Of a stretch of DNA of 64,000 nucleotides, positions 1-12,415 are shown piece after piece. Position 1 is the stretch's first letter. The number at the start of each line of letters is the position of its first letter. A program made the position numbers and the translations under genes. The stretch spans positions 29,824,001-29,888,000 of the forward strand of contig NW_024704743.1 of NCBI RefSeq assembly GCF_018977255.1, read 5' to 3'. Under the pieces are notes generated by a model. It saw only the letters and a program-made list of their open reading frames with translations, ran no database searches and had not been told where the DNA came from. This stretch comes from Callorhinchus milii (lineage: Eukaryota).

Positions 1-462
1 TGAAAAATGTACTGCATTCTTATACCATTTAATAACACAAAGTTAAAAATCTTACAAAAACGTGTAATTTATTACACAAAATCATACTGAAATGTTAACT
101 AAAATCATAAAACTTTAAATATACAGACAGATAGGCTTTTCCTGGAATGTGCTCACTGCCAAGTGACCGAATAAAAAATGGTCCGACTAGCACATTGATT
201 TGGTAACTCCTTCCATTGAGTATTATGCGATACCCATTAAGAGATTTAATCAAAATGAAGAATATTTTATACTCACAACTACTAACTCAAGGCTTGGAAA
301 TAAAATTCCACAAGACCATTGTAATACAGAGATACTGCAATGAAGTTCATACAACCAGCAGTCAGTCATTCTTCATAGCAGCTTTTCAAAAAACTAAGTA
401 GGGGATAAAAAGTCTCCCTCCCCTTTGGTGTTGGCAGGTTTTTGTCTGGCATATGAAAAGTT

Positions 463-621
463 TTAATCATCCTCATTGTCCGAAGATGGAATCTCTGAAC
501 TCTCATCCAGGGACTCGTGGTGAGATTCAGTGTCAGCGGGCTGTGCAACATCCTCAGGTTCATTGGCGTCTCGTTCATCTGACTCTGGGTTGAATTCATC
601 AGCGCTCTGTCCAGATAGTCT
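463..621 (-). CDS. GMNN: GMNN last coding exon ([10 protein letters not shown]...DNEDD*)
   Basis: AG acceptor at 622-623, TAA at 463-465; minus-strand AATAAA at 68-73. Confidence 0.92.
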   Translation of the reverse strand, partial: RLSGQSADEFNPESDERDANEPEDVAQPADTESHHESLDESSEIPSSDNEDD

Positions 622-3600
622 CTGTTTGAAATTAAAAAACAAGGTTAAGTACAGTATATACAGTTAAAACTAATTTTGCTTGAAAGGAATGCACAACAAG
701 GTTAATGAATACAGATCAAGGTTAACACATCGCCAACTTCAAGATTCAGTGGGGCACTTGACATAATTTGGTTAGGGGAGAAATTGTATACAAAGTTATT
801 CTCCATTGCTGAAAATAGCAGCTTATGTAATACTGGTTGTGAAAATGCACTAACATCTTACTCATCCAACTGTTAGTTATTGCCTATTTTTATGAAAGGT
901 CCCCAATTTAAAGCACTCAGCTGGTAATTTGATTTATTTTAAAAAAACTAAATATTCAAAGCAGGAATAAGGAATTTTCTATTTACAGTACTTTGAAAAC
1001 TATGTCAGAAACAATAATACAGTACTTGTTCTCTTTGGTGACCAAGTTCAAATTCTAATCCTGACCTTATTCATACTTAAGCACTTCAAATGGTTAGCCA
1101 CAAAGATGGAAGAGCTGGCTGTAAATCTCATCCAACATCAACCTCTTAGTGAGCAGACAAAGAAATCAGTCATCTTGTAAATAACTGATGACTCATCCTC
1201 TCATTTATTCTTCTAATGATAGTGAAAGCTAAAAAAAAAAGAAGTCCTGTCCAGGAAAGAGATTCCATCCATGGCAACTTACAAAGAAAGCACTAAAGTC
1301 AAGAGGTATTATACAAGTAAACTGAAGCCTAAATACATTGTGAGAATTCACTTCAGTTGAATAGTATGTGGTTAGCTGGGTATGTGAAACCTTTTCACAA
1401 CACCAGAAGAGGTCATTCAGCCCACAATGCCTGTGCCAGGTCTCTGAAAGAACTATCCATATGACTCACTTCCTTATCATTCTTTATTTTTCTTTCAAAA
1501 ACTTGTCATTTTAATCATTATGGATTCTCCTTCAACTGTTGTTTTTGATAGAGCATTTCATGTCCTAATAAGATCTCTGTATGTTTAATTTTTGGGGGGG
1601 CAATAATCTTAAAATTTATGCCCTTTAGATAATGAATCATTGACCTGTACTTATGCCATAAAACAAATTTATAAGCATACAAAAAAGGGACTTCTACACA
1701 CAAACGGTACCAAGACAATTCAAGACAAGGACATGCGTAATGGTAAAAAAAAACAGAAGTGATGCAAGCCAATATTCTGAGGAATATGTGCAGATCAAGT
1801 CATTTGACACAACCGTGTTCCTTTCCAGACAGAATGCTGGGACTTTACAATATGGAATAACTGACCATTCCTATTATAAAATGAACACTAACTGCCCAAC
1901 ACATCTCCATGCAACATACAGGAGAGTTTTCTTACCTCAATTAGATCAGCCATGTATTTCACATGGTCGGCCAACTCTATTAGTTCATGGTTCTGTTCCT
2001 TTAACTGTAAAATTTCTTCATCTTTAAGTTCGATTTCTTTATGCAGCTGAAAGTAAAAAAAGGACACATTTCTAACAGTCCATATTTTGATACCTGTTCA
2101 GCATTAAACAAAATGGTTGACTGCCCACAAGTCTAATTAGTACACACCCTTTCATTTTCTTGAAGAGCCTGGAACAGGGCTTTTCTTCGCTCTTCTGCCA
2201 ACTCCTTCCAGTACAAGGAACTTGGGTTAGCTGTATAAAAGCATGAATTATTAAATCACTTGAATAAAACAAAAAGTAAATTAAAAATTAATTTAATAAA
2301 CACTACTTAATTAAGAATGACAGCACTAACGTTTAACAAGAAGTTCATGGGCTTCTTTTGTCATCCCCTGACTTTCTAAATTCTCATTTTCACCACCACA
2401 CTCTGCCCGTTCTTGAGTAATTTCTATACGTGACTTCTTGGGGCTTTTTGGTTGTTCATTGCTCCAGTGTTTTCTTTTGGGAGTTGGCTTGGAGAACTGC
2501 AGGCATGAGCAATGCAAAAAATATATACATTGAAGGAACTGTATAAACCAAAGACTCTAAATACATGCAGTGCACAAATCATATTTGAATGTGTTAACCA
2601 AAATAGATCATGCAAAAATTTGCATTACTCTTAAACATTCCAAAGTGAGGCGAAAACCATCCCATTTTACAACTAAGCAACATTCAATTGAAAATCTTCA
2701 TATCCAGTGAGAAACTTCAGCCACACATTTCCCTCATCCCTCCCCCACAAATTTCAAGTCACGTTTACTTTGCACAAGTCACATTCAAGATCATTTGGTA
2801 GCATAAAACCCTCCTCATAATTGTAGTTAAGATTGGGAGATCACTGAAAACAGGTTTCAGTGCCTAATTTTGCTTTACGTTACACTACTTATTGCCTTTT
2901 TATAAAATACAAAACTGTACTGATTCAAACATTTTATTTACTTGTTTTCAGAAAAGCACTGCTCGAAAGCAAATTTCAGCTCACCAACTAGTTAACCAAA
3001 ATAAGCATGCACAAAAGATGTAACATAGGAGGCCATGCTGATGCTAACTCCGCCACTGGATTCAACTACATAAATGCCATACTCTGCTCTTTCCCCTACC
3101 CTTTCAATTTCCTACTCCTTATTGTATTAGGCTCAAAAACAAAGTATAGAAAAGCAAGTGATACGTGAATCCTTATGATACCCTAGTTAACTTATCCATT
3201 ATAGATTTACCAAGAACATTTTTTTTCACTACTTATGCTTTCAAATCTTTGAATTCTGAACACCAACTGAAAGATAATTTGCCACGTACCTCTTTTCCTC
3301 TCCCAACAAGCTGGTCTGAAGTAGCAATTGGTTGAATAACTTGTAACGTTCGCCTTGGTGGAGTGCTGCTGGTTGCCACATTGGTGAAGAAACTCTGGAG
3401 TAAAGAAACAATTCTGTACTACTTTCTCTAGAATTAGTTCATAATAAATCTCAATTTGAACAACTTAGAACCATAGAAATTCATACCACAGATGTCCATT
3501 TAGCCAATCGTATGTCTGCTGGCTCTAATTCAGTCAATCCCATTTAGCTGCATTTTCCCTATACCCCTGGAAATTACTCTTAATTAACAACCCATAAGTA

Positions 3601-4728
3601 ACACAAAAGTGAATATGGATTCTGCGTCAACCATGGCAGAGTATTCCATCTCCATATCCCTCACTAACTACCTTAAAGCAATGCTCTCCAGTCACTTGCA
3701 TTTAAATGTAAAAATGTCAAAACAATTATGAACCCAAATTACCAGGCATCAGCTAGATAAATTCCAATTGCCTTCAACATGGCAGTGAAACCAAATATTA
3801 ATTTATCCCAGCTACATTTGATCATTTGTGAATTCTGAAGGTAATTTAAAACAAAATTTACATGGCCTGCAAGAGGATACTTAACCACCATAAAATAAAC
3901 CACTACTAGCAGTTTTAAGAGGACTAACTATTGTGCTCTGGGCTGAAGCACTGGTTGATCATTCCATCTGACCCCAGTGCAAAATCCCTTTATTTACCAA
4001 ACTTGGAATCCATTCATCCTTCTTAATGATTAATTAAACTTCCACCATAAAACAGTGAACAAAGGTAGATTAAAGGCACGATTAGGATTGATGTAAATTG
4101 CATTCATGCATTACACTGCAGCGTGGGAAAATAATTTGCACTATACTGTGTACGTGTAGCAGTAGAAATTCCCACGGTAAAGTTATTTCTTTACAGATTA
4201 CGACTCCTGGGGTGTAGGGCACACCTTACTAAGCGTGGGAAAGTGCTACACAATAGGTTCTAGACATCATTAAAGATTAAACTTTACAGTTTAGTTATTT
4301 CTCTCAAGGTGAACATATGCCAACAATCGCAGCATCAGCAGTTAACCCATCACTTATAAAACAGTACCTGCAGTACAATACACTGAGATTAGTACATCAT
4401 ATTTTGTAAACCTTGCAAACGTTATGCTAGGTTGACTTTTAAAGAGTAGCATTAACTAGTCATTTACTGTAAAATCTGAACTTAATCTTAATGGCAAAAT
4501 TCCAAATGAATCATGAGCTACATACAAAGTTGAGGGAAAAACACCAAAGTACAGTACCAAATAGAAGTTCACAAATGAATTCTACTTGCATTGCAGTTAG
4601 AATTCACTTGAAACTGTACGCTGAAGTCTCCAGCAAAAAGTATCCACAGCCTTGGAGAACACTGAATTTACCTTTATGCTCCCCGTGGGCTCCTCTGTAT
4701 AAAATCTCCGCTTCATATTGGCAGTCAT
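463..4728 (-). CDS. GMNN: Geminin (DNA replication licensing inhibitor); 6 coding exons, 226 aa
   Basis: Exons 4672-4728, 3290-3394, 2331-2496, 2148-2230, 1936-2046 and 463-621 join in frame with GT-AG boundaries. The protein has the D-box [22 protein letters not shown], the coiled coil [12 protein letters not shown]...[14 protein letters not shown] and an acidic tail. Confidence 0.96.
1936..2046 (-). CDS. GMNN: GMNN coiled-coil exon ([37 protein letters not shown])
   Basis: cag|...|gtaag; close match to the geminin coiled coil. Confidence 0.96.
2148..2230 (-). CDS. GMNN: GMNN exon ([27 protein letters not shown])
   Basis: cag|...|gtgtgt, phase 1 to 0; hallmark geminin motif. Confidence 0.96.
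2331..2496 (-). CDS. GMNN: GMNN exon ([11 protein letters not shown]...EAHELLVK)
   Basis: cag|...|gttagt; contains the KRKH basic motif; phases fit both neighbours. Confidence 0.9.
3290..3394 (-). CDS. GMNN: GMNN D-box exon ([35 protein letters not shown])
   Basis: cag|...|gtacgt; RxxL destruction box. Confidence 0.93.
4672..4728 (-). CDS. GMNN: GMNN first coding exon ([19 protein letters not shown])
   Basis: Acceptor 8 nt upstream of the ATG (exon edge at 4736); donor AAG|gtaaat. Confidence 0.85.
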
Positions 4729-6724
4729 AGTTATACCTAAAGTGTGGAGAGAAAAAGTAAAATAAATCTTCCATCACAATTTGCTTTCAATTGAAAATAG
4801 CACACTCGCAAGCCTTATAAAGCAAACCATTTGTATCTCACTAAAAATAGCAGGTGTGCCCCCAACAAAGTCAATCATATTTGTGCTATTTTCAAGGCAT
4901 GGCCATCCCAAATGAACAATTTAGCCTCGGTGACCCTAAGCTAAGACACAAAACATTTAGTAGATTTGTACTTCGTCCAATTGATTTGGAAGGTACATAC
5001 AATGGATCAGTTTTGATGCTCTTTGTAATCAAACATCCTGTCAAAATGGGCAATGTCCACTTGGACAGGAAACCAAAGGATCGTTTTATTATTATTATTC
5101 CAGTAGAAGGGGGAAAAAGCCAAATGTATCTATCTAAAAGAACCATGCACCCATGAACCAGCACCCATGATAAGTCACTTTCATTGATGCCACCAACAGC
5201 AGTATTGCAGTCTCTAACAACATAGGTCGTACAACAGTATTACACCAGAGCTTCTAAAGAGCAGGGGAAGAAAGATGGAGGCAATGTCTCCACTTTTAAG
5301 AAAGCAGCACCAGAGGCAAGAAGCCAGATATTCATATTATTGGCTTGTTGTGCAGGTAGGATGAGGGTTTGGTGCGGTTGAGGATGCAGATGGCGGTGTT
5401 TTAGACGAGTTGAAGTTTCTGGATGGTGGAGTTAGGGAGAGCAGCAAGAAGTGAATTACGAAAAATCTAGCCAGGAGGTGATGAGAGTGTGCTCTGTTGT
5501 GAAAATTTGGCTAAGTCAATTCTACTTGGTTCAATTCAACCGTGCACTTTTATTGAAAGCAAAGTAGCATAATTATACCACCCTAAATAAATTAATCATT
5601 TAATTGGTTTACAATTACCTTAGATAAAAGTCATCCCATCCAAAAATCAGCAGCATTAGACTAGGGTTTTATTTTCTACATTTGTTTGTCAGCAACTAAA
5701 TTAAATTGTTTCCCCGCCCCATCAAAATTGCTAGAAATAATTAAAACTGCAATATAGATATGCAAATTTTAGCTGATACTTTTTACCCAATTATCAACTG
5801 TTCAATCACTATAGAAACCAATTGATGGGGTTATATGAATGCAGCACTGTAATTAGAATAGAAAAGTAGGGATGAATAAATGTTTTTAAGCAATCCTTCC
5901 AATAATTCTTAGGCTTATGGCTCTTATACAAACTGTATGGTTGAACAGTCTCACCATCTTGGACTTCAATTTGACTACAGGTTATTCTGATGACTCGAAG
6001 GGTCACAAGAGTTTGTTAAGAAATTTTAATCCATTTCCTAGTGACGGACATTCTGAACACACACTTTTTGTAATTTGGCACCAGAGGGTCTGGCTTGAAA
6101 AGTAAAATGACATGGGCGACATCAGGAAAGGGGCACTCTCAAAACTGATGGCACATTGTTTGAGCAGAACAGAAGCAGTTTTATCCTCCGCCATCGCTCA
6201 ACAACCCTTTCCTCGATCAGCACAATATCATTAAGCAGATTATTCAAATTCTGCTCAAGCAAACAGATCATTGCTGTCCTCTCCTGACAATAGACCTTAC
6301 ACTCAAGAGGTTTTGAAGGCTCAAGTAAAACACAAGGAGCAGTGTTATCGGAGATTTAAATAAGATTCTCGAACAAGATGAAAATAGATAGCATCCCACT
6401 TGAACGCACACTGCCTGGGACTCAGATGAGGAAGTAAAGTATCGTGTTGCCTGCCAAATTGACGGGAGAAAAAGCTGAGTTGTGAGGCTACCGGAAAACA
6501 CGATGTTGGCTGAGCGGCGCATATCAATTGCGTTCATCACGATGCGGGTGCAAGCGACCGGGGTTCAGGACGGCGGTCTGGAGAGAGAGCGGCAGGAAGA
6601 GGAGAAGCAGAAGAGGGGCCGGAGGGAGACGGAGAGAAAGACTCGGGGGGAGGCTGGAGCGCCGGGTACGCCCCTCCTGTCAGAAGGTTTTGATCAGTCC
6701 AGAAGCTCCGGTTTGTCCAACGGT

Positions 6725-6878
6725 GCGACATTGGCACTGCTTTCGCCCACAAATATACAGTCAATTCACCTTTACAGTGTGTTCTGTGAAGCGCTTTGGG
6801 ACGTCCTCCCGACGTGAAAAGCGCTATATCAAATGCAAGGATTATTATTATTATTATTATTATTATTATCATTATTAT
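6725..6878 (+). mobile_element. 5'-truncated tRNA/Deu-type SINE
   Basis: Same 3' body and (TTA)n tail as the copy at 36547. Confidence 0.85.
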
Positions 6879-7099
6879 CTGCGCTGATACTGGTGCCAGA
6901 ACTGTGTGGCTATCTGGTTACCTACAGGACTGAGGAGGTGCCCCATTGCAGCGCCTTGGGACGTCCTCCCGACACGAAAGGCGCTGTAACAAATGTAACC
7001 TGTGGTCGTCGTTGTTGTCGCCTGTGGTCACCAACAGCTGCAGTCAAATAACTAACTAACTAACTAACTTAACTGACTGACTGCCCGCAACTCCCTGTT

Positions 7100-7900
7100 C
7101 GGAGACATCAACCCCTCTCACCGCCAGTATCGGCCGCTCAGAGCAATCGGCAGCCGCGCACTTGGCAGCGGTGTCCCGTGAAGCGCTGGGAGACGCCTCG
7201 GAGCCGCGACGAGGCCCCTCCCGGCAAATACGATCGGATGATTATTAATTATTATGATTAATTATGATTAATTACTACGACTATCGCGCGCCTCCCGTCC
7301 CTCTCTCTCCCCCCCCCCCGGGGGTGGGGTGGGGGTGGGGTGGTGGGGTGGGGGAGGCCGCGCTGTGGCTCAGCCTCAGCCCTCACTTACTGGCCAGGCG
7401 GGGCCTGCTCCTGCTCCTCCAGCGCCGGATCCCCGGGGCTCGGCGCGGCTCCTCGGCCCGAGATCCCGGCGACGGCGCCCGGTCAGCGAGTCCTCTGTGT
7501 GTCGCCGCTTCTCTCTCTCTCTCTCGCGCCCTCTCCCCCGTCTCTCTGTCTCTCGCTCTGTCTCTCTCGCGCGCGCTGCTGCCGTTGGCGGTTTTGGCGC
7601 CTTTCGCTCCGAGGTGAAAGCAGCCGCCGGTGACGTATCAACGCGGCGCGGGGCACGCTGGGTGGTGACGTCGGCAGCTCTTTTTTTTTTGGAGGGGGGA
7701 GGGCGGATTCACGCCCCAACCGCGCGGGTCGGTCACGGGGTTTGGGGCGTGAAAAAAACCGCCACTGGGCGGGTGTGCGGTTTTCAAACCGCCGCTCCCC
7801 CCCCCCACCGCCCACACCGCCCACACCCACACACCGCACTTGGGAGACCTATTCCGAGGCCGTTTCAACACCTCTCAATGGGCCACTCGACCACCCACGT
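7100..7900 (-). promoter_or_regulatory. GMNN: GMNN CpG-island promoter and probable non-coding exon 1 (donor at 7391|7390)
   Basis: CpG-rich; minus-strand donor CA|gtaagt; E2F-type TTTGGCGC at 7593-7600; TGACGT at 7631 and 7666; minus-strand TTTGAA near 7783-7788. Confidence 0.7.
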
Positions 7901-7943
7901 TGGGTGAGTGTCTGGTGGACTTTGAGCTGCAGACATGTTCTAA

Positions 7944-8993
7944 ACAGACAGACTGAGCGAGAGACGCAGACCCTGAGCGAGAGACGCAGACCCTGAGCGA
8001 GAGACACAGACAGACTGAGCGAGAGACACCGACGCTGAGTGAGAGACACAGACACTGAGCGAGAGACGCAGACAGACTGAGCGAGAGACACAGACACTGA
8101 GCGAGAGACACAGACACTGAGCAAGAGACACCGACGCTGAGCGAGAGACACAGACACTGAGCGAGAGACACAGACACTGAGCGAGAGACGCAGACAGACT
8201 GAGCGAGAGACGCAGACAGACTGAGCGAGAGACGCAGACAGACTGAGCGAGAGACACAGACAGACTGAGCGAGAGACACAGACAGACTGAGCGAGAGACA
8301 CAGACAGACTGAGCGAGAGACACAGACAGACTGAGCGAGCGACACAGACAGACTGAGCGAGCGACACAGACAGACTGAGCGAGAGACACAGACAGACTGA
8401 GCGAGAGACACAGACAGACTGAGCGAGACACAGACAGACTGAGCGAGAGACACAGACAGACTGAGCGAGAGACACAGACACTGAGCGAGAGACACAGACA
8501 TTGAGCGAGAGACACAGACACTGAGCGAGAGACACAGACACTGAGCGAGAGACACAGACAGACTGAGCGAGAGACACAGACACTGAGCGAGAGACACAGA
8601 CACTGAGTGAGAGACACAGACACTGAGCGAGAGACACAGACAGACTGAGCGAGAGACACAGACACTGAGCGAGAGACACAGACACTGAGTGAGAGACACA
8701 GACACTGAGCGAGAGACACAGACAGACTGAGCGAGAGACACAGACAGACTGAGCGAGAGACACAGACAGACTGAGCGAGAGACACAGACACTGAGCGAGA
8801 GACACAGACACTGAGCGAGAGACACAGACACTGAGCGAGAGACCCAGACACTGAGCGAGAGACACAGACAGACTGAGCGAGAGACACAGACAGACTGAGC
8901 GAGAGACCCAGACACTGAGCGAGAGACACAGACAGACTGAGCGAGAGACACAGACAGACTGAGCGAGAGACACAGACAGACTGAGCGAGAGAC
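7944..8993. repeat. Minisatellite with 20/24-bp units CTGAGCGAGAGACACAGACA(GACA)
   Basis: Tandem array directly visible. Confidence 0.97.
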
Positions 8994-10070
8994 AACAACA
9001 ACAACAACAACAACAAGATTCCATTTATAGAGCGCCTTCCACGTCAGGAGGACGTCCCAAGGCGCTGCACAGTTGGGTCATGACCCGAGCAGGGGGGAAA
9101 TGGTCAGGGTGAGGGGAGGGAAGGGAGGGAGCAAGGAGGGGGAAATGGTCAGGGTGAGGGGAGGGAAGGGAGGGAGCGAGGAGGGGGAAATGGTCAGGGT
9201 GAGGGGAGGGAAGGGAGGGAGCGAGGAGGGGGAAGAGAGTCGAGAGGGGAGCTGAAGGCACGGTCAAAGAGAAAGGTTTTGAGACTGGCCTTGAAGGAGG
9301 AAAGGGAGGAGGCGGCGAAGGCACTGGGGGATGGAGTTCCAGAGCCTCGGGGCTGAGAGGCTGAAGGCCCGACCACCGATAGTAGGGCGGTTGGGGCGGG
9401 GGACGTGGAGCAGACCGGAGCCAGAGGAACGGAGGGTACGGGCAGGTAGGTAGGGGGATAGTAGGTTGGAGAGGTAGGAGGGAGCGAGGCCGTGAATGGC
9501 CTTGTAGGTGAGGATGAGGATCTTGAAATCAATCCTCTGGGGATGGGGAGCCAGTGGAGGCGAGCGAGGGTAGGAGTGATGTGGTCCCGAAGCCTGGTGC
9601 GGGACAGTACACGAGCTGCAGAGTTCTGAATGACCTGCAGCTTGTGGAGGGAGGTGGCGGGAAGGCCGGCGAGGAGAGAGTTCCCATAGTCCAGCCTTGA
9701 GGTGACAAAGGCGTGAACCAGGGTTTCAGCAGCGTGAGGGGTGAGGTAGTGCCGTAGTCTGGCGATATTCCGGAGGTGATGGAAGGCGGTGCCAGTTGTG
9801 GTGCGGATGTGAGGGAGAAAGGACAGCTCAGGGTCGAACAAAACGCCGAGGTTCCTGACTGGCTTTGAGAGGTGGAGAGTGCAGCCTTGGATGCTGATGG
9901 TGTCAGCGCCTGAGGTGCGGAGGCGCTGACGTGAGCCAATCAGGAGGGCCTCGGTTTTTTGCACGTTGAGCTGAAGAAAGTTGTCTCTCGTCCAGGACTC
10001 GATGTCGGACAGGCTGTCAGGACATCGGGGGTCGTGGAGTTGAGAGTAGAGGAGGAAAGGTAGAGTTGGG
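8993..10070 (-). mobile_element. L2-clade LINE 3' portion (ORF2 C-terminus, 3' UTR, (TTG)n tail), cut by an assembly gap
   Basis: Translation NFLQLNVQKTE...RNLGVLFD...SRLDYGNSLL...QNSAAR...LHWLP; tail stem-loop; three 48-bp repeats in the 3' UTR. Confidence 0.92.
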
Positions 10071-10100
10071 NNNNNNNNNNNNNNNNNNNNNNNNNNNNNN
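10071..10100. other. Assembly gap (N run)
   Basis: 30 n characters. Confidence 1.
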
Positions 10101-10175
10101 GTATAAGTTTCATTATCCAGCTGTCTGATCATCTAAGTGGCCTTGGCAGTCCAGTTCTTCCCTGTCCATCCGGGC

Positions 10176-10525
10176 GTGTTGGGTGTTGCTGTGGGGGGTG
10201 TTGGGTTGTGTTGCTGTGGGGGGTGTTGGGGTGTTGTGTTGCTGTGGGGGGTGTTGGGGTGTTGTGTTGTTGTGGGGGGTGTTGTGTTGTTGTGGGGGGT
10301 GTTGGGGTGTTGCTGTGGGGGGTGTTGGGGTGTTGTGTTGCTGTGGGGGGTGTTGGGGTGTTGCTGTGGGGGGTGTTGGGGTGTTGCTGTGGGGGGTGTT
10401 GGGTGTTGCTGTGGGGTTGGGGTGTTGCTGTGGGGTTGGGGTGTTGCTGTGGGGTTGGGGTGTTGCTGTGGGGTTGGGGTGTTGCTGGGGGGTGTTGGGG
10501 TGTTGTGTTGCTGTGGGGGCGGTGT
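10176..10525. repeat. G/T-rich minisatellite (GGGGGTGTTGGGGTGTTGCTGT variants)
   Basis: Tandem array directly visible. Confidence 0.95.
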
Positions 10526-10529
10526 TTGT

Positions 10530-11780
10530 CTGGAAGGCGGTGAGCGAGCGGAGCGAGTGAGTGAGTGAGGTGCGCCTGCGCGGGCGGCCATCTTGTGAGT
10601 CAGTCAGTCAGTCAGTCGGTCGGTCAGTCAGGCGGAGGGTCGGTCAGCAGATCAGATCGGAGCCGCCACACGGGCCGGAGCTCAGCTCTCGTTGTCTCCT
10701 TCTCCCTCCCAGTCAGGCAGAGCCTCTCCTTAGTTTTTTTTCTTCCGTCTTTTTTCCCCCCGACTCCCCCCCCTCCCCCCTTCCCCCATCCTCCTCCTCC
10801 TCCGCCGCCGCCTCCGCCGCCGTCGCCGCGCACAGCCCCGACCGAGGTCAGACGACAGAGTAATGGGCGACCGAGAGCGTAGAGGCCGCGGCTCCCTCAC
10901 CCTCACGCCTCTGTCCGGCCTCGTCCTCTCGTCTTGACATGGGCGGGGAGTGAAGTCGAGCTTCGCGGAGAGAGAGGGCGTTTGTTTGCTTTTGTTTTTG
11001 TGTTTGTGTGTGTGTGTGTGTTTTTTAAAAAAAACGCTTTTTTTTTTCGCGTTGAGAAGCCCAATTGAGGTTTTTTTTTCTCTCTCTCGTTTCTGTCGGT
11101 GGCAGTGAGAGAGGGTGTGGAGGAAAGAGGAATAGACACACACACACACACGCACACACATGTAGATGTATGTGTGTGTGTATGTATGTAGAGAGAGAGA
11201 GAGAGAGAGAGAGGAAAAAGTCAGGAGGGTTTTAAACCAAACACTCTCAGACTAGAGCAGAGCAAAGAGGCTTCAAGAGACAAACCTACCGACAGGAGAA
11301 GCAACTAAACCCCCCAAAGCTCCTGAGCCAGAGAGAGAGGGAGAGAGAGAGAGAGAGAGAGGGAGGAGTGGGGGTGGGGGGAGGACAAAAAAAAAAGGGG
11401 GTCGAAGGGAGAAGAGGAAAATGATAAACAAGTGATTGTGATTGTTTTGGTTTTTGTTTCCCCGTCTCTTCCTCCGTGCGGGAAATGTCAGCAAACGTGA
11501 CGAGGACTGGCCACCATGGCGGTGATGTTGATTGAGGCCGCCACTCGGAGGGCGACGACGATGCTGATAAAGTTAGGCATGCCTTTCGCTAGGTTTTTCG
11601 TTCGTTTCTGCTCAAGTGCCAACGAAAAGCGCCATGTAGTTAACGCGACAGCGCAGTCCTCCTCTTCTCTCCCTTTTATCGTCTGTCCTTAGAAAAAAAA
11701 AGTTAACTTCAAGTAAAGCAAGAGGCGTAAAGAAAAATCCTAACAATATGTTCGAAGATAGCCGCTTGAGAGGTTGTAGG
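10530..11780 (+). promoter_or_regulatory. C6orf62: C6orf62 CpG island / promoter region
   Basis: CpG-rich; YY1-like GGCCATCTT near 10586; GCC repeats; lies upstream of the C6orf62 ATG. Confidence 0.65.
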
Positions 11781-12286
11781 TAGAGATTTTTTTCAGGCTA
11801 ACTTTTGTTCAGTCGAAAAAAGCCTAGCTTATATGTAAACATGGGATCTGGCTGCATCATTTCTGTGTCATCTTTGGACACGCACGAATTACAGTTAGGT
11901 GTTTAATTTGTTGGTTAGATTCATTGGCATCCATCATTGTAAAGTAGCTTTAGTTCAACGGGTTAAAATCTAGCCTTAATTTGGATTGCTTTGGTTTGTA
12001 GGTTTAGTTAATGTGAATTAGTAAAACAAAATCTAATTCCCTACACTCCCATTAAACCATGTGTATATAGGACTGTTATCATGACTGGACTCTGGCCTAC
12101 ATTCATTCTAAGTTTTTGCACAAGACAGTTTTAGGCTTTCTGGTCTAGCAGTTGTGGTAGAAAAATTAAGTTAATACTGCCAGCTTGTTTATTCTGTTGC
12201 GCTGTTTTCTTTTTGAGAGAAATTGCCCTTGCTAGGTTTTGTCAGTTTCTAAGATAGAAAGAGGGTTACCACTTATAATTAAAAAA

Positions 12287-12415
12287 ATGGGAGACCCACA
12301 TTCTCGGAAGAACCAGACTTTGAATCGACTGCGTGCTCAACTTCGAAAGAAAAAAGAATCTCTGGCAGATCAGTTTGACTTCAAGATGTACATTGCCTTT
12401 GTATTCAAAGATAAG
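12287..12415 (+). CDS. C6orf62: C6orf62 coding exon 1
   Basis: aaaATGG start; donor AAG|gtaggt. Confidence 0.95.

Noticed and set aside
5930..6160. Weak LF-SINE-like similarity
   Set aside because: Too degraded to support by eye; needs an HMM search.
6528..6887. Recurring peptide SVKRFGTSSR...[12 protein letters not shown] in many ORFs
   Set aside because: Translation of the SINE tail, not a protein family.
7944..8993. CRISPR-like regular array
   Set aside because: No unique spacers, eukaryotic context and no cas genes.
7849..9024. 358-391 aa ORFs on the minus strand
   Set aside because: Translations of the minisatellite; open in all three frames and low complexity.
10133..10591. Cys/Gly/Val-rich or Pro/Gln-rich ORFs resembling keratin-associated proteins
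   Set aside because: Derived from the minisatellite in every frame.
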